Positions 52,162-62,556 of a stretch of DNA of 64,000 bases are shown here, in pieces; position 1 is the stretch's first letter; the number at the start of each line of letters is the position of its first letter. The translations under genes and the position numbers were made by a program. The notes under the pieces were generated by a model. It saw only the letters and a program-made list of their open reading frames with translations, was not told the DNA's origin and ran no database searches. Source of the stretch: Nitrosopumilus sp. (GTDB lineage: Archaea; Thermoproteota; Nitrososphaeria; Nitrososphaerales; Nitrosopumilaceae). The DNA is taken from assembly GCA_965224195.1 (NCBI GenBank), contig OZ245040.1, forward strand, positions 1,088,001 to 1,152,000, given 5' to 3'.

Positions 52162-52836
52162 ATGGATTTGAAAAAATTCAGCAATGATATTTTTGAGATG
52201 TCTGAAAAACTCTCAAAAAATCTAAAGGAAAACGATGTTCCTAAACTGAACTATGTTGGGCAGCAATTGATTGGAATGTATAGGAAAAACCTTGTTAAAA
52301 TTAATCATTCTATTTTAGAACTAATTTGCGCTAGTAATCTAATTTCTAGAGGATTTACTGTTGAAGTTAAAAAAGATGTTTCTGATATTCTTGTTTCTGA
52401 TATTCTTGTTTGTAATATTTTTGCAAAGAAAGGTGGAGGAAATAATATTATTGAAATTGAAACTGGGTTTACTCCTCCTGAACATGCTATGGATACTATA
52501 GATTATTTCTCAGCCAGAATTATGAGTAAGATTGCAAGATATAGCCAACACTGTTCAAAGTTTTCTTTAGCAACTTCTGCGGTAGGATTGTTACCAATTT
52601 CCAAAATATTTCTATTGCCTCCAAATGCACGAAAAAAAGATGATGTGCAGAAAATTAAAAATCTATGTGATCGATATTATAAAAATCCCCCAATAAAATA
52701 TGATGATATATTGAATGCGCATCTTCATTCAATATATTTAATTAATATCGACAAGGGTTTTGCCAAAGAGCTTGATCCACAAGGATATGTTGATTTGACA
52801 AATGATCTGTTTAAACGAAGTGAAGTCCAGTATTGA
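52162..52836 (+). CDS. Hypothetical protein with PD-(D/E)xK-like pattern
   Basis: IIEIETG motif; in-frame 15-bp duplication (VSDIL x2). Confidence 0.65.
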   Translation: MDLKKFSNDIFEMSEKLSKNLKENDVPKLNYVGQQLIGMYRKNLVKINHSILELICASNLISRGFTVEVKKDVSDILVSDILVCNIFAKKGGGNNIIEIETGFTPPEHAMDTIDYFSARIMSKIARYSQHCSKFSLATSAVGLLPISKIFLLPPNARKKDDVQKIKNLCDRYYKNPPIKYDDILNAHLHSIYLINIDKGFAKELDPQGYVDLTNDLFKRSEVQY

Positions 52837-52887
52837 GACTGTATAATTGAAAAAATTCAAATTCTCCTATTTCTTAGTAATATTAGG

Positions 52888-53022
52888 ATGATTTGTGCCG
52901 CATGTGAAACTAGAAAACACTTTGAATGCATTGATTGTATGAACAATCACAAAACTCATCTTTGTAGTTGTGATTGTCATAATGAGAATACTGAATCTCA
53001 TGAAGTTGGAAAATCTCATTAA
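52888..53022 (+). CDS. Cys/His-rich microprotein (44 aa)
   Basis: MICAACETRKHFECIDCMNNHKTHLCSCDCH... Confidence 0.5.
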   Translation: MICAACETRKHFECIDCMNNHKTHLCSCDCHNENTESHEVGKSH

Positions 53023-53024
53023 AT

Positions 53025-53705
53025 TTAGTTTTTAAATTTTCTTTCAATCTCTTGGGCCATAATTTCTAATTGACTGGTATCGCCTAATTTTCTATATGTC
53101 AATTTCTCTATGGTCTTGATAATGCTGATTGCTGATCTGTATTGTGGTATTTCAGGCTCATTTAGTTCACCATACATCCCTATTCCTTGAATTTCATTCA
53201 TTTTTGCAAATCCTAAAATTAATCCATTAAATCCTGTGATGATTGATTTTTGTGGAGTGGTTTCTACATCCAACCCTTCCATCTATTTTGTCAGTTCTCT
53301 TGATGTTGTGGTGATGAATGTTTTTGGTTCATTATTAAAAATTCTACTGGTGTGAAATCCTCCTAATGTGTAGATAAATTTTGCAGAATATTTTTTTGCA
53401 GTATCAATTACATCTTGACATAATTCATTTAATTCATTATTACTTTGAGGTTGCCCTTTACCCCCACCAAAAACTATCAAATCATCTGTATACTTGTATT
53501 CCCACTTTTCATCAGGAATGTCTACATATCCTCCTCTATCCACAATATATGTTGGAAATGGCGTCTTTGCTGTTCTGAATGTTTTTGTTCTAAGTGAATC
53601 GTTGATGAAATTTACAACTATACTTCCAACATTTCCCATGTCTTGCATAGCTGCTATGATGATTGGTTTTGTAATTTCTGGCTCTTCATTTTGAATGAAT
53701 TCCAT
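53025..53705 (-). pseudogene. PAC2 (proteasome assembly chaperone) family gene split by one in-frame TAG
   Basis: DMGNVG, IYTLGGF, ITGFNGLILG; TAG at 53283-53285 directly followed by an in-frame ATG. Confidence 0.8.
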
Positions 53706-54114
53706 AACACATCTAAAATCTAATGAATTTTAAACGTATGTTGTATATGCGATTTTTTATAATGAGAATAAATCTTATAAAATTATTTTTATTTTCTCAT
53801 TTCATTATCTAGAATAATTCCCTATTTTATAATCATTCATTTTTTAACATTAATGATGTTGTATTTTTTTTGTAAATGTATTGGGGAAAAATTCCTGTCT
53901 TGTATCAATTAAATGTACATGTTTTTGATTTGTGTATTTTGAATTTTTTTATCAGGTTTGTGGTAGTTTTGTGCCTAGAGATCGACTCTAAAAATTTACC
54001 CCAAAAGTAGAAACCAGTATCATATTTTAACTCTTGTAGAATTTTTGTTTCTATTTGTATGATCGAGAAAAATATGAAGATTCATAAGTAAAAAAAACTT
54101 TCTGTCGACAAATT

Positions 54115-55839
54115 ATGGAAACATCAATGGAAACTATTGGTACACTCGAGTATGTTCTTGACAAATACTCTAAAATCTGGAGCTGGAAGGTTACGGGTGA
54201 TCGAGCCGTCAGCATGATCTCAAGATTGGTATCTGAAGCATGGTATGGTGAGAATGTTAATGAAATTATTATTCCTGACAATACTGAAACTGTAAAACAA
54301 CTAAAACTCATTATGGATAGATATCCTCTTGAAATTTTATCAAAATCAACTTGGCAGAGAAAAATTGTAAAAACGTATGCTCCAAAGCCTACTCTTCCTC
54401 CAATCAAACTAAAACTAAAACGTGCAAAATCTGGAGAACAATTTAGAGGAAAATTATTAAATTTTCAAAAGGAAGGTTTAGATTTTCTACTGAAATCATT
54501 TGGAAATGCTTTACTTGCTGATGAGATGGGGCTTGGTAAAACTGTTCAAACCCTTTCATATGCGGCAACTGAAAAACAAACCTTTCCTCTTCTAGTTGTA
54601 GCCCCATTAGTTACATTAAACAATTGGGAACGTGAAATTCAAAAATTCTTAAAAAAGAAAAGTAGGAATGGACGAATTGTTGAATCTGAATCGCCAAGTG
54701 TCACAATGATTAGAACTGGAAAATCAAAAGAACTCCCAAAAACTGACATTTACTTGATCAATTATGAATTACTTTTCAAAAGAAATGATGACTTGGCTAA
54801 AATGGGATTGAGAACAATTGTTTGTGACGAGGTTCATAATTTAAGATCAAAAACAACCCAAAAATACAAGGCAGTAAAAAAATTAGCTGCAAATTCTTCG
54901 GTTCTTTATAGAATTGGTCTTTCTGGAACTCCGATTTACAATCGTGGTTCAGAAATTTGGCCAATTATTGATATTTTAAAACCTGGGTTGCTGGGGAGCT
55001 TTAAGGAATTTTGTGAATACTTTTGTTATGTTAATGAAAAAGGAAAAGCAATTGTTTTAGAAAACAAACGTGCATCCCTTAGAAATGAATTACAAAAACA
55101 TGTTATGCTTCGAAGAAAGAAAGCAGATGTTCTAAAAGAACTCAAAGATAAAGTTCGTTACAAAGAAGTTATTGCTGCTGATACTGATTATTATCTTGAA
55201 GAATTAGATAAAATTTGGAAGAAAGTGGAAACTGAACAAAAAGATGCTGACTCAGAATTCATCAAATCAGCATCATACCACAGGGCTATTCAAAGTGAAA
55301 GACAAATTGCAGGTATTGCAAAATTACCCCATGTGATTAATTTTGTAAAGAATATTATGGAAATTGAAGAAAGTGTTGTGGTATTTTGCCATCATAAGGT
55401 GATTCACAAATTACTTCATGAGAGTTTACAGGAATTCTCACCTGTATCAATAATTGGTGGTCAATCCGACAACCTTCGTCAAGATCAAATAGACAAATTC
55501 CAAAGAGGTGAATCAAAATTAATGATTGCTGGAATTCGTGCAGGAAATGTTGGTATTAATTTAACAAGAGCAAAATATGTTATTTTTGCAGAACTTGATT
55601 GGAGTCCTGCAATTCATAGACAAGCAGAAGATAGACTTCACAGAATAGGTCAGAAAAATACTGTATTTGCATACTATTTGATTGGAAAAGGAACTCTTGA
55701 TGATCACGTTGCCAATATTTTGGTGGATAAAAGCTATGAAATTGATGAAATCATGGATGAATCAAAAGAAAACTATGAAAATAAAGACAAAGCAGAATTA
55801 ATTCTGGCACAAATCCAAGATAAGATTAGATCAAAATAA
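54115..55839 (+). CDS. SNF2-family helicase
   Basis: LLADEMGLGKT, DEVH, LSGTP, QAEDRLHRIGQ. Confidence 0.95.
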   Translation: METSMETIGTLEYVLDKYSKIWSWKVTGDRAVSMISRLVSEAWYGENVNEIIIPDNTETVKQLKLIMDRYPLEILSKSTWQRKIVKTYAPKPTLPPIKLKLKRAKSGEQFRGKLLNFQKEGLDFLLKSFGNALLADEMGLGKTVQTLSYAATEKQTFPLLVVAPLVTLNNWEREIQKFLKKKSRNGRIVESESPSVTMIRTGKSKELPKTDIYLINYELLFKRNDDLAKMGLRTIVCDEVHNLRSKTTQKYKAVKKLAANSSVLYRIGLSGTPIYNRGSEIWPIIDILKPGLLGSFKEFCEYFCYVNEKGKAIVLENKRASLRNELQKHVMLRRKKADVLKELKDKVRYKEVIAADTDYYLEELDKIWKKVETEQKDADSEFIKSASYHRAIQSERQIAGIAKLPHVINFVKNIMEIEESVVVFCHHKVIHKLLHESLQEFSPVSIIGGQSDNLRQDQIDKFQRGESKLMIAGIRAGNVGINLTRAKYVIFAELDWSPAIHRQAEDRLHRIGQKNTVFAYYLIGKGTLDDHVANILVDKSYEIDEIMDESKENYENKDKAELILAQIQDKIRSK

Positions 55840-56454
55840 TTAAATTTCTAATTTTTCTTTTAGCCTAGTTAGTTTTTCAATAATTGAATCTTTTTTTATT
55901 TGTTGTAATTGGGTGTCTTGAATTTCTTTTATCATCAATTCTATAATGCTGAGAATCTCTACATCTTGTTTTACGTCTCCAAATTTAATATCGTTAAACC
56001 CTTCAGTTTCTGTCTTGTCTATCTCTACAATTCCTTCTGGGAGAATTTCATATATTTTGATTACTTTATCTTCTATTCTTTGTGGTGACATTAACACGAA
56101 TTGATTCTTTCTTAGTTTTTCAATCTCTTCTACTATTTCATTTCTAGATATTTTTAAAATGCTTTCAATCTGCTCAATATTACATGATTTGATTTGTAAT
56201 AATCGTAAGATTTTTGCCCATATTGGAATACTTTTACTCCAAAGAATTTCCCTTGCTAGTTCAGTAATTGAAAATGATCCATCACTGTTCAACGATATCA
56301 TTTTTCTGTCTTTTAATGTTGCAAGTGAATCTAATAGTTTCCCAACTCCTAATCTCTTTAATTCTGAGTTCTCTAGGTTGGTCTCATCAAATGTGCCATT
56401 TTCATTAATTGCTAAATGCAAAATTTCTAAATCAATAGTTCCTAATTTTCTCAT
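55840..56454 (-). CDS. Hypothetical protein, wHTH-like
   Basis: 204-aa ORF. Confidence 0.65.
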   Translation of the reverse strand: MRKLGTIDLEILHLAINENGTFDETNLENSELKRLGVGKLLDSLATLKDRKMISLNSDGSFSITELAREILWSKSIPIWAKILRLLQIKSCNIEQIESILKISRNEIVEEIEKLRKNQFVLMSPQRIEDKVIKIYEILPEGIVEIDKTETEGFNDIKFGDVKQDVEILSIIELMIKEIQDTQLQQIKKDSIIEKLTRLKEKLEI

Positions 56455-56527
56455 ATTCTCAACAATTTCTTAAGATTTATCATTCTTTGCACTTGAAGAA
56501 TATATGTGGATTATACTAAATTGATTT

Positions 56528-57148
56528 ATGGTTCAATACGAACTTCCACGATTACCTTATGGATATGATGAACTAGAACCATTCCTTGATACAGAAACAA
56601 TGAAAATTCATCATCAAAAACATCATCAGGCTTATGTTGATGGATTAAACAAATCACTTGCAGATGTTGGAAGTGCATCTCATCCACAATACATCTCATC
56701 TGTACTCTCTGATCTAAAATCAATTCCTGAATCTGGAAGAAGCGCAATAAACTTTTTTGGTGGCGGATTTGAAAACCATAGATTGTTTTGGGAAACAATG
56801 ACCCCAAATAGTGATGGAATCCCCACTGGCCAATTAGAGGATCAAATTGATGTATATTTTGATAATTTTGAAAATTTTAAAAAAGTTTTTTCTGAAAAAG
56901 CAGTTACCATTCAAGGGAGTGGTTGGTGCTGGCTAGTTTTTAATTCCACATATCATAAAATAGAAATCATTACAACTGAAAATCAAACTAGCCCTTGGAC
57001 TCTGGGGAAATTTCCATTACTTGGTTTGGATGTTTGGGAGCATGCATATTATTTGAAATATCAAAACAAGAGACCTGCTTATGTTGAGGCTTGGTGGAAT
57101 GTAGTTAATTGGGATTATGTGGGAAACCGATTTTCAGAACTTGCATAG
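56528..57148 (+). CDS. sod: Fe/Mn superoxide dismutase
   Basis: HHQKHHQAYV, DVWEHAYY. Confidence 0.96.
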   Translation: MVQYELPRLPYGYDELEPFLDTETMKIHHQKHHQAYVDGLNKSLADVGSASHPQYISSVLSDLKSIPESGRSAINFFGGGFENHRLFWETMTPNSDGIPTGQLEDQIDVYFDNFENFKKVFSEKAVTIQGSGWCWLVFNSTYHKIEIITTENQTSPWTLGKFPLLGLDVWEHAYYLKYQNKRPAYVEAWWNVVNWDYVGNRFSELA

Positions 57149-57200
57149 TTTTGTCTGATTTGGGCAAATTCTTTTAAAGATAAATCATTATTTTCCACTT

Positions 57201-58448
57201 ATGAACAAGAGTCTAAGATACATTGCACTTCTTGCAATTTTACCCTTGTTTACAGCAGGTATGACGACAGATTATTTCTTAGATGCTGAGGCCCTCAAAA
57301 GCCAAGGTACTGGAACATCACAATATGGTTCTGGTATCTGTGGATTACAACTCTGTTCTGAAATCCCAGGTGGTAAAGCCGCTTGGGAAGCAGGACAAGT
57401 TCCAGTCGCTCCTGTAGCTCCAGTTGAAGAAACTATGGAAGAAACCCATGAAGAAGAACACATGGAAGAAACTGAAGCAGACTTGGGTTCTGTACTTAGA
57501 TTATCAAGAGCAAATGTTCCAGCAACAATTCCTATGCATCAAGGATACTACAATGGTGAAGATGTTTTCTACATCATCACTGATTCTAGTGATCCAACAC
57601 ATGCAGACATAATTACTGCAAACCAAGGATGGCAAGTAGAACTTGCTCCTTTATTGAAGAACGCTCCTGAAGACGCACTTTCAACAGTATACTTGTTTGC
57701 CAACGGCATTCAAGGCAATGGTATACACGGATATCAAGGTCAAGTATTCACCAGTACTCCTGCACAAGCAGATGTGTACAGTGCATTGACCTCACATGTC
57801 CATGTAATGTGGAATGATGATGCATCTCCAAGGGTGCTTGATTCAGAAGCAATGGTTATGGAAGCAGCTGAGAATAATGAAATTACATTAACAGAAATTG
57901 ATGTAGTTTTGAACATGCCACAAATTATTTGGCCTGAAGGTCAGATGATGGTTAAGGAAGACAAAACATTAACTGATGTTACTCCTTATGGTGGAGGTCA
58001 AGTTCTTGATATCGATACAGAAGAGATGAATGTAACTTTCATAGCTCATCGTGAATGGGGTCCAGATGGTAGAACAATCTATTACATTGTAACAGATGCT
58101 ACTCCAAGTGGTCCTGCCGAAATGATGGGTGTTGTAAGTTCACCAATATCTGCAAGCTTGATTGCAAATTCAGCAGCAGACTTGTATCAGTTCAAAAATG
58201 GTTTAACAGGTACTGGTCCGTTAGGATTTCAACCTGGTATAGCAGCAGGAACTCCTGGCGATGCTAATTATTCTCCAATGTGGAGAATCTTTATGATTGG
58301 CTGGGATAATCCAGATGATGCTCAATTGCTAGAAACTATTGATGATATGAACGCATACAACGAAGCTGGTTTGATCAACATTGATATTGCACGTCCAATG
58401 TATAGTGACCATATTGTTAACTGTCCGTTTATCGACCCATTCCAATAA
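57201..58448 (+). CDS. Exported protein with two internal YYI(I/V)TD repeat domains
   Basis: Signal peptide, ICGLQLCSE motif, YSPMW, VNCP. Confidence 0.8.
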   Translation: MNKSLRYIALLAILPLFTAGMTTDYFLDAEALKSQGTGTSQYGSGICGLQLCSEIPGGKAAWEAGQVPVAPVAPVEETMEETHEEEHMEETEADLGSVLRLSRANVPATIPMHQGYYNGEDVFYIITDSSDPTHADIITANQGWQVELAPLLKNAPEDALSTVYLFANGIQGNGIHGYQGQVFTSTPAQADVYSALTSHVHVMWNDDASPRVLDSEAMVMEAAENNEITLTEIDVVLNMPQIIWPEGQMMVKEDKTLTDVTPYGGGQVLDIDTEEMNVTFIAHREWGPDGRTIYYIVTDATPSGPAEMMGVVSSPISASLIANSAADLYQFKNGLTGTGPLGFQPGIAAGTPGDANYSPMWRIFMIGWDNPDDAQLLETIDDMNAYNEAGLINIDIARPMYSDHIVNCPFIDPFQ

Positions 58449-58571
58449 GATCTTTTTTTCTTTTTTGTTTTTTTTAATTATTTAACATTTGTTTGTTTTT
58501 AAGGATTTTTTCAAACATCTTTTTTGGGAATTATATGTCTAACTTATCTTTGATTGTGAGCATATTACATC

Positions 58572-58946
58572 ATGAGTATTGCTGGAATGTACATGTTAAA
58601 TTCAGAAGAATATCGTGAAGAAAAAGTTCATCAGGTTCTTGACATGTTGTATCTTGATAGGAAGAATGAATTTCGTGAATTATCTGAGGTTCTTCTAAAT
58701 GAAAAAGCTCTAAAGGTAATGTCAAACTGGAAAGAATTTGTTTTGAATTTCAGTTTGGATGTTGAAGATGCTTTCAAAACATGGTCTGGACAGAGTCCTT
58801 TAGCTCCAAGTTCTCCACAAAAAGCTTTGACTTTGTTAAGACAATTGGGGCATGACAAGACATCGATGAATCAGCTAGCACATTTGCTCAATATGTCATA
58901 CAACATATCGTGTGAATTCAAAGAGATTTATCGCCGTCTAAAATAA
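58572..58946 (+). CDS. Hypothetical protein
   Basis: 124-aa ORF. Confidence 0.7.
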   Translation: MSIAGMYMLNSEEYREEKVHQVLDMLYLDRKNEFRELSEVLLNEKALKVMSNWKEFVLNFSLDVEDAFKTWSGQSPLAPSSPQKALTLLRQLGHDKTSMNQLAHLLNMSYNISCEFKEIYRRLK

Positions 58947-58970
58947 TCTTTTTTTAATCTAAATGTCTTG

Positions 58971-61244
58971 CTAGTAATTGAATAATGGATAGTCCGCGAT
59001 GAAATAGTTTAGCATGTATAGTAAAAATAATGCAAGTATTGCCAACTTCAATATTTTGGATGGTATTTTGTAAATTACACTAATTAAACCAAACATCATA
59101 ATGGGAATAAAATAAATCATGTAATATGCATAAGTGTCTCTCATTGTATTGATGCACAAAAATGGGATGAAAAATACTAAACCACTAATTATGAAATATA
59201 CCGTTTTTGAAAGTGGTGTTTTGTTATGTAATCTCTGATATACGCCATATCCTATTAGGGCGATGCTACTCCAAAAAGCTAAATATCATACAGGATTGAT
59301 CTTTGATTGAGTCCATAATGTGCTAGGGATGACAATATTTTTCTCTCGTCCATCTTCTGTCATATCTGTTCTGATAGATTCTCTGATTTGATGAAGTTGT
59401 ACACTATCCTCAGCTAAAAATGGGATAAATGTTTGTGAAAAATCAATAACTCCAAATTCTGTACTACGTTGATCCAAGTACCCGCCTGTAAACATTGTTT
59501 TTAGACGGTCAATAGGATTTGTGATTATATTTAAATTCTAAAATATTTTTTTCCAATAATGGTGTATTTGTACCTGTAACATTAAATCGAAGTATTTTTC
59601 TTTCTGATCCCTCAGGATAAATGTATACATCAGGGTCTCTTGTTTCATATTCAAAAACTGTCACTGTATTTTCATAAATTGCAAGTGGAATAAGAAATGC
59701 AGACATCAATATTAAAAATGCGATAAATGGTGTTTTTGTTAATTTCTTTGATAGGAAATGTAGACACAAATTCTCACGATTAGTGATAACATAATGGATC
59801 ATAATAAATATCAAAAAGAACATTGCAGTTTCTTTGATTAGTGCAGTTAGTCCAATTACTAAAGCTGCAAAATAATATTTTTGTTTGAAATAAAGATAAA
59901 TTGAAAAGAACCCAAGTGCCATAACTGGAATGTTTCTTAACATTAATGTAGAATGTACAAATATTATTGGACTAAGAGATAGAGCAACTGTGCTGAGTAA
60001 TGCCATTTTTTTGTTACTTAGATGTTCAATGACTTTATAATTGAAATACAAAAATACCATTCCAAATATTACAATTGGGAATCTCCAGCTAAACCAATTA
60101 TCCCCAAACACATAGAAAAACGGTGAGGCCATTATTGCCAAGCCTGGAAGCTGGTATGGCGTATGGTCAATTCCTAACATGAGCCATCTGGTAAAGTTTG
60201 TAAAATACAATTCATCTAATATCTGAAAACCTGGCTGATATATCACCAAAAGATGCAACCCAAACGAAATTGCAATAATATGAATAATACTAATTGGCGA
60301 TTATGCATCTATTGCCCCTAGCATATACTTCAACAATAGATCAAACAATTTACAATCTCTATTGTTGTATCTCCATTCCATTTCTTTGATGTACAACAAA
60401 AACTTTCTTGGACTTGCTCCGTGATGCTTTGCCATATTCTCTTTTGCAAAACTCCAAAACCCCTCAATGCCGTTGATGTATACGTTCACCTTTTCCAAAC
60501 ATCTTGCTGTGATCTATTGCGAGATGTTTGTAGCCGTTGAATACAAGTGAGTCATATCCCTTCCACTTGTCAGTATACACGATGCTGCCTTTCTTGACTT
60601 TTCTAATCGTACTTTTCAGAAGAGTTTTGGCTTTGACGTTATTTACAATCTCAACATGTACCTTGCCATTTCTCTCTAAAATTCCAAATACAATTGTCTT
60701 GTTTTTGGCACCTCTGCCACGATTTCCCTTTCTTCTGCCTCCAAAATACGCCTCATCAGCCTCAATTTTTCCTTTCAGAACCTTGTCTGTCTTTGCCAGT
60801 TCCTCAAGTATTGAATACCTGATTGTATCAAATGCTTTCAAGGTGGTCTTGTAGCTTGGACGTACTTGTTCTGATGCAGTCTTTGCAGAAACTGACAGCT
60901 CAAAGAGCTTGATTAGTGAGAGCCATGTGGAATATGGAATTCTAATCAAAGAGAACTTTGATGCAGAAAACGGTTTGAAATCTTTCTGACATTTTGTGCA
61001 TCTCATTCTGTCTCTGCTTTTCATGGTGTAGAGAGTTTTGTTTTTGCAGAAAGGACAGGAAATATTCTTAGTGTATTTTGATTCTAGGAATTGTATTAGC
61101 AATGATTCATCAGAGATTATTTTTGCAAATGATACAAAGTCCATCCAACATTGTTGAAAATTATTCCATAATAATCTAGGGGCAGTAGATATCCAATCAC
61201 CTACTAATTTTATTTAGATATTTTGATAATTGATCTTTGTTCAA
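58971..61244 (-). pseudogene. GT-C fold (PMT-like) membrane glycosyltransferase, IS-interrupted and frameshifted
   Basis: LDELYF, FGDNWFSWRFP, LIKE; removing the IS restores MNKDQLSKYLNKISIIHIIAISFGLHLLVIYQP. Confidence 0.75.
60296..61201 (-). mobile_element. IS1595-family element with 8-bp TSD; transposase frameshifted
   Basis: 26-bp imperfect TIRs (core ATCTA(T/C)TGCCCCTAG); TACTAATT at 60288-60295 and 61202-61209; CPFC..CTKC, EADEAY, YTDKW, NGIEGFWS, EWRYN. Confidence 0.95.
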
Positions 61245-61443
61245 GAATTCTCACAATATGCAATATTTGGAATACTTGGGTATAATAATTTATGAAACTC
61301 TTATTCTAAATTCAAATGAAATTTTTAGCATTTTCTGTTTAATTAAACTCTGAAGTTTAGATGGAACTATTGCAAATAACATCGATCAGAATAAAAATTA
61401 TCCAAAAAAAGATTAATTGAGTATGTGAAATCCATATTTTGTT

Positions 61444-61695
61444 ATGGACTTTATGTTGGAAGAAGAATTAATTGATTTGATGACTTTTTGTCTTCAGAAC
61501 CCTGATTCAGAAGAAATATCTGATAAACACAAGCGAATCACTGAGATTGGTCATGAATTATTTGCCGATGGTGGTATTGATGCTTTGGAGAATTTCTCCT
61601 TCGTGCTAAAAAATAGAATAATGGAAGAAATAGAAAAAGATCCATCTCCACTGCGTTCGCTGTGGAATGGCCTTACTGATGAATGGCAGTATTAA
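61444..61695 (+). CDS. Hypothetical protein
   Basis: 83-aa ORF. Confidence 0.7.
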   Translation: MDFMLEEELIDLMTFCLQNPDSEEISDKHKRITEIGHELFADGGIDALENFSFVLKNRIMEEIEKDPSPLRSLWNGLTDEWQY

Positions 61696-61713
61696 ATTTC
61701 TCTAGTGAGAAGT

Positions 61714-61857
61714 TTATCCTCTGCCGATTCTGAAAATGGCTGTACTACATGTAGGGCATGTACCCTTGATTGCAGGTTTACCATTTTTCATGGTGTATGG
61801 TGCAGGGGCGCCGATTTCTCGTTTGTCTCTACACTTTACACAATATCCTATTGTCAT
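61714..61857 (-). CDS. DUF5679-like zinc-ribbon microprotein (47 aa)
   Basis: MTIGYCVKCRDKRE..MKNGKPAIKGTCPTCSTAIFRIG. Confidence 0.8.
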   Translation of the reverse strand: MTIGYCVKCRDKREIGAPAPYTMKNGKPAIKGTCPTCSTAIFRIGRG

Positions 61858-62052
61858 AATTTCATTAGGCTCAAGGTCGTATTAGCGAGAACTTGTTGAA
61901 CTTTTTTCACTATTAGACAAATCTCCGATCCCATTTTTTGTGTTGCAGACCAATCTTTTTCGTATCGGAACGAATTATGATCATTTTAGGAACAAATTCT
62001 TCGAATTCTTTAAATTTATGAATAATTTTTTGTCTAAATTATTTTATTAATT

Positions 62053-62478
62053 TTAGCTTACACTGATTGATAATTTTGTGTATTCTGATAATGCACTTTG
62101 ATTTTTCAAACCTTCCCAGACAAAAACTTCTGCAGTATATTTGCCTGAATCATTTGGTGTCCATGATAGTGATGGACTAAATTCTTGGTTTGGAGTAAGT
62201 TGACCACTTATCCATCCTAATGATACAACAAAATCTGCATTGTTTTTAATCTGAACCAGATAAACAAAATTTTGTGATTTTGTTTGATGGTTTGTAATGT
62301 CTGCAGATATCTGAATTTTTTGATTCACGTTTATGTTATCTAATACTGGAGATCCAAAAGTGTTTTCTAATCTTGGATCTATTATTGATGTTCTTTCTAA
62401 TTCAGTTAATGCAAATGCTGGTGTAACACTTACAGTGATCACTAGTATTGCTAATAGCCCTATGCCCTTACTTACCAC
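62053..62478 (-). CDS. Exported hypothetical protein (Ig-like)
   Basis: Signal peptide, SWTP..GKYTAEVFVW. Confidence 0.75.
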   Translation of the reverse strand: MVSKGIGLLAILVITVSVTPAFALTELERTSIIDPRLENTFGSPVLDNINVNQKIQISADITNHQTKSQNFVYLVQIKNNADFVVSLGWISGQLTPNQEFSPSLSWTPNDSGKYTAEVFVWEGLKNQSALSEYTKLSISVS

Positions 62479-62556
62479 AATTTTTTGGACATTTTTAGTT
62501 ACAAAAGCCTTTCTGCATTGATATTTCCAACTTTGATTCTAAATAATTTAAAATTT

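Noticed and set aside
52377-52411. 15-bp tandem duplication (VSDIL x2)
   Set aside because: Simple in-frame slippage; no wider significance evident
1002-62521. Many antisense or overlapping ORFs in the track (e.g. 1002..1337, 10967..11368, 13200..13697, 20813..21475, 48617..49099)
   Set aside because: They lie opposite or inside well-supported genes and show no motifs
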